Source: Rhodospirillales bacterium
GTDB lineage: Bacteria; Pseudomonadota; Alphaproteobacteria; Bin95
Reading direction: 5' to 3'
DNA length: 45,138 nt
Assembly: GCA_038143065.1 (NCBI GenBank)
Contig: JAYQLI010000047.1
Span: forward strand, 1-45,138
Shown here: positions 41,726 to 45,138 of the stretch, piece after piece
How the letters are laid out: the number at the start of each line of letters is the position of its first letter
How positions within the stretch are numbered: position 1 is the stretch's first letter
Program-made: the position numbers and the translations under genes
The notes under the pieces: generated by a model
Databases searched by the model: none
Told to the model about the DNA's origin: nothing
What the model saw: only the letters and a program-made list of their open reading frames with translations

Positions 41726-42953
41726 CAGCGAGCTTTCATATTCATCTTTACTGAGCTCATATCTCTTACCTGTCAGCATGTCTTTCTTCAGTCGTGGCGT
41801 AAGATGGCTGTAGTGACGCTCAATCATACCAATGGAAGTGCCCATCTGTATGGCGAGAGCATGTATATCCATACCGTCGTTCAGCAGTGCGAATGTCGCG
41901 TAGGTGTGGCGGAGGCTATAAAGCGTTCGATTAAGACCAGTACGTGGGCATTTGATCAGCCCACTTTCTTTCATAAACGCGCGGAAGGTTTGGTGGATGT
42001 TCTTGCTTACAGTCCCATCGGGCAATCTGAACACAGGTAAATCCACACGCTCTTTTAGGAGCTGCTCAAAGCTCATGTGATTGAGGTCTTCTGCACGCTC
42101 ATGGATGCGTTTGAGATAGTTGATCGTACCACTGCGGCAGATGATATCTCGCCTGCCCGTCTTACCAGATACACTCATCTCCAAATATTGAAGATCATTT
42201 TCTTCAAACAGTGTGATGTGTTTCCAATTGAGATTCAGTGCTTCTGTCCCATGCCGCATGCCTGTGTTGGCCAATATCAGCACATAGTCCCGCATGAGGT
42301 ACCGCATATCTGTGGGCTTGCCCGCCTTACCCTGCGTTGATCCAGTGCGGCAGTTTACGGATCATTGTGGCGTATTCTTCACGAGTGAAGTCTGACGGCG
42401 TTCGCTCTTCTCACCTTTGTTTACAAGCATTGGCACATTCTTGTGCCAGAAAGCCACGGGCCACTGCTTCATCAAACACACGGTTCATTGCAGAGTTATG
42501 TGTGTTCAGCGTACTTGCCTTTGGCTCACTGCCCATCTTTGCGCGCCGCCACTCATAGAAGCTTTGTACCTTCTCGTAATCAATGGAGGTCACGTACTGG
42601 GAGCCCAAAGAAGGGAATGAGGTAACGCTCAATACACACGATGTAATCAGCATAGACTTTCTTGCCCAATCCAGCATCCAGCTGTTTGCGCATGTCAGTA
42701 ATTGCAAGCCGCGCTACATCTGAGAACTTCTTGGTAATCACAGGAAGGTCATTCTTATTTCGGAACTTGTATTCTAGATAGGTGTCACGGGCCATTTCTT
42801 TGGCTTCATTGAGGTCTTTCTTACCAGTGCTGATGCGTATGGGCTTACCATCAATGCTGAATGCAGCCTGCCATCTTTTACTGCGTTCGCGACGATACAC
42901 ACGGGACCTTCGCCGTCCAAGATCATCACAGTATCATCTCGCAAGTGTCGCAC
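41717..42953 (-). CDS. Phage-type tyrosine integrase (~410 aa) with N-terminal arm-binding domain, several frameshifts
   Basis: VYRRERSKRWQA...RISTG, NTGMRHGTE, GKTGRR, YSLRHTY and QMGTSIGMIERHY. GTG start after AAGGAG. Confidence 0.9.
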
Positions 42954-42971
42954 GCCAATCTCCTTTAACAA

Positions 42972-43018
42972 ATTATATGGCTCTCAACACCGACAAGTCT
43001 ACCAAAGTGTGTTTTTGA
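42972..43018 (-). promoter_or_regulatory. Sigma70-like integrase promoter with an adjacent arm-type repeat
   Basis: TAGACT-N18-TATAAT on the minus strand. GTGTGTTTTTGA at 43007-43018 is identical to 44314-44325. Confidence 0.55.
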
Positions 43019-43111
43019 TTGTAGGAAAAATATTTGAAAATAGATCTCAATATCTTGTTGGTAATGTGAATTGGAGAAGCTCTATTCTACCCCTAATTCA
43101 ACACGTAAACC

Positions 43112-43806
43112 TCAATTATTATTAATCATTAGAAAAATAATAATAGCTGCAAGCGCAAAACCTGAAAGCGAAGAAAACTTTGCCTCTCAACTCTACTTCT
43201 TTCAGCTTGTTGTTGCGCTCTCGTGTTCCTCCGTTTTTGTTTATCGCGGAAAAAACTCAGCATGCGCCTCCTTCTTTTCAGCCCTTGAATATTTCGCCTT
43301 TCTACCCTTGCAAAAGAACTTTTGATAAATTTTCCTCAGCAGTAATTATTTGTAAATTATCAGGATGGAACCCCACCTGCAAGGGCCGGATATGATCAAC
43401 GTGGGTGCGCTGTGCCCGTTTCTTTTGTTTTTCTACGGGCCTCTCGATAAATTTCATGAAGTTGCATCTCTTCCTGCCTTGATAATTTGACACGTCCTTC
43501 TTTTAATACGTTTGTCTTCAAATTCTTTGAGATACGTGTGCAAACAGGACATCCACTTTCGGTCACTTTTCGCTCTGTTAGATGACCTTTTTTACACTTT
43601 TACCACCACACATCCAAACCATTATGCTTGCGGACGCCTGAGAGAGCGCAAAAGATTTTGTAGGGATACTTTCTGAAATAATCGTACCTGTTCGCTGATC
43701 TCTCTACTAACCGGTCTTCCGCCCGTTTCTTTTTGGTCTTCTTACTTTCTGGATGCCATTTATCATTCCTATAATAAAAGCCAGGCTTCGTAGGATATTT
43801 AGTCAT
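43112..43806 (-). pseudogene. HNH endonuclease (phage type), multiply frameshifted, possible C-terminal TM helix
   Basis: HVDHIRPL...HPDNLQIITAEENLSK. Upstream pieces in other frames are CKKGHL and SGCPVC. The start MTKYPTK follows GGAG and the tail is SGFALAAIIIFLMINNN*. Confidence 0.55.
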
Positions 43807-44230
43807 ACAAATCTCCGTAGTAATCGCTACTACATGAGACCATAAAAATATTCCTACCAGTCCTATCACTGTAAAAAATATTATTACTTTTTTCATCGGG
43901 GAGGATGGCTCATTGGAGTTAAACGCAAGTTCGATTGGCAAGCATAATAAATCCACCACCAATGAAAGAAACAATTGCTGATGCAATGACTGGCATTATG
44001 TAATTTTATGGATCCCAAAATCTCCACAAAAGCGACCAAAAAATGCGGAAATATGCACGATCCATCTAACAGCCAACTAAATTGTCATCGCTCATAAATA
44101 ATTCCTGAAATCCTTTAGGACATTAAGTAACGTGCATGTGCAAATTACACTTCAATATAAGCACCATAGGACTACACATGCATGACTGCAGAAATAATGT
44201 CTGAAAGCTGTTATAAAATGATTAAGAACC

Positions 44231-44379
44231 GTGTTCTTTCACTAGGTTGTAGACACGAGTGTCGAGACCCTGCAGGATCTCTCCCCTCAAACACACGAAA
44301 AAGTGTGTGTTTGGTGTGTTTTTGAATCCCACACGCATAGCGTTAGTGTGCAGAAATTAAGCCATTGATATTGTTTTGG
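44231..44379. promoter_or_regulatory. Element right-end region with arm-type repeats and an IHF site
   Basis: GTGTGTTT repeats and a hairpin at 44291-44325. TAAGCCATTGATA at 44358-44370 matches the IHF consensus YAANNNNTTGATW. Confidence 0.7.
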
Positions 44380-44396
44380 AAAGTGGTGCCCGGGGC
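44380..44396 (-). repeat. att core, copy 1 (duplicated tRNA 3' end, probably tRNA-Leu)
   Basis: AAAGTGGTGCCCGGGGC; the minus strand reads GCCCCGGGCACCA, ending in ACCA. IHF matches lie on both sides (44358-44370 and 44417-44429). Confidence 0.75.
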
Positions 44397-44548
44397 GCAA
44401 CCATACTTTTCGATAATATCAATCAATTATAGTATAGTTAGAAGTTGCTCGAAAATCTGGAAGTGGTCCACAAAGCATGGTCCCAAAATTGGTCCCAGAA
44501 CAAGACAATACTCCTGTTTTCTCGGGTTTTCATCGACGTATTGGCTGT

Positions 44549-44565
44549 AAAGTGGTGCCCGGGGC
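44549..44565 (-). repeat. att core, copy 2
   Basis: Identical 17-mer, 169 bp from copy 1. IHF match TATCAATAGGTTA at 44614-44626 and tandem TGTTATAC at 44659-44677. Confidence 0.75.
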
Positions 44566-45138
44566 AGTCCGTTTTCCTATGCTCCTGCGTCAACTCAAGT
44601 CACCCTTGAGCAATATCAATAGGTTAGACAATCACTGAATCGTGTCAACAGGCACATTTGTTATACTGGTGTTATACCAGCGGAGACTCTGGGACCCAGT
44701 GGATCTGAGGACCCCCAGACGAGGTTAGAGACAAACTGTTTTTCAAAAAGTCCGTTAAAGGGTAGCGTTGGTTGGCTGTTGTCCTTCTACTTGCTTAAAT
44801 CTTCCAACTCAATTCTGGTTTTTTCCTCTGATACAGACCACAAGCTTTTCCATAACAGGCTTATCATAGGCATGCTGGCATTTAGTGTGCCTCTGCACGA
44901 CTGGACCAACAAACCGGATAAGCCCCGTTGGTCCATAAAGAGAGCTAACGTTGCTCTAACCCATCCTTAGTTGCACACATCACACTTGGGTATGAGCACT
45001 TGTTCAGCTGTCTGGACTAAAGGTGTTTTCATCTTAAGGTTAAAGATAAACTTTGTTAAGGCACCACCGCTTGTATCAGTTGGTGAGGTAGCTGATGACC
45101 CAGGATGGCAAACATAGACTTCAACTGCTTTCTTGGCG

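Larger units (their letters stand above)
34127..44396. mobile_element. tRNA-targeting integrative element core; left boundary not defined
   Basis: An integrase near a tRNA-3'-end att repeat with IHF and arm-type sites, and a block of hypothetical, recombinase and nuclease genes. Fragments of both ends recur as scars at 14.6 and 17.3 kb. Confidence 0.8.

Noticed and set aside
44700-45138. 3' end of a gene of the next island
   Set aside because: No recognisable motif in any frame, and it is truncated by the window edge.
1-45138. CRISPR array, rRNA or complete tRNA
   Set aside because: No regularly spaced repeat-spacer units or full RNA genes were seen, only 13-17 bp tRNA-end duplications.

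Overview
This looks like an accessory-island window from an alphaproteobacterium, probably a marine Rhodobacteraceae; the lineage is inferred from DddP and the other protein families. It has four parts. (1) About 1.4-12.7 kb is a visibly higher-GC, co-oriented catabolic block (mttB-like, DMG-dehydrogenase-like, GlxA regulator, dddP, thrC, kbl, tdh) with a divergent LysR. It is bounded on the left by an IS6-like end and on the right by a chimeric junction into a 5'-truncated acyl-CoA ligase. (2) About 14.5-17.4 kb holds two DMT/EamA transporters and a broken rhodanese, bracketed by two scars of an integrative element. (3) About 17.4-34 kb is an orphan oxidative catabolic cluster: MarR, SDR, EthD, a sugar-type ABC system with an ATPase-permease fusion, a KstD-family flavoprotein, a Mo-hydroxylase with MoaD, a GMC oxidoreductase and two IclR regulators. 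(4) About 34.1-44.4 kb is an integrative element ending in tRNA-3'-end att repeats flanked by IHF sites. It has two convergent tyrosine recombinases and no recognisable conjugation, capsid, primase or Rep genes. It does carry a lone clamp-loader-type AAA+ ATPase, a ~550 bp ORF-poor and highly structured candidate ncRNA/origin behind a T4-late-like GATAAATAC motif, a possible FseA-like activator, a secreted thermonuclease and an HNH nuclease. My best candidate for an undescribed system is this element, possibly a satellite or parasite of T4-like phages (inference). The second candidate is the dddP-thrC-kbl-tdh demethylation operon. Single-base frameshifts are pervasive and probably mostly sequencing errors, so I merged split ORFs by hand and some coordinates are approximate.
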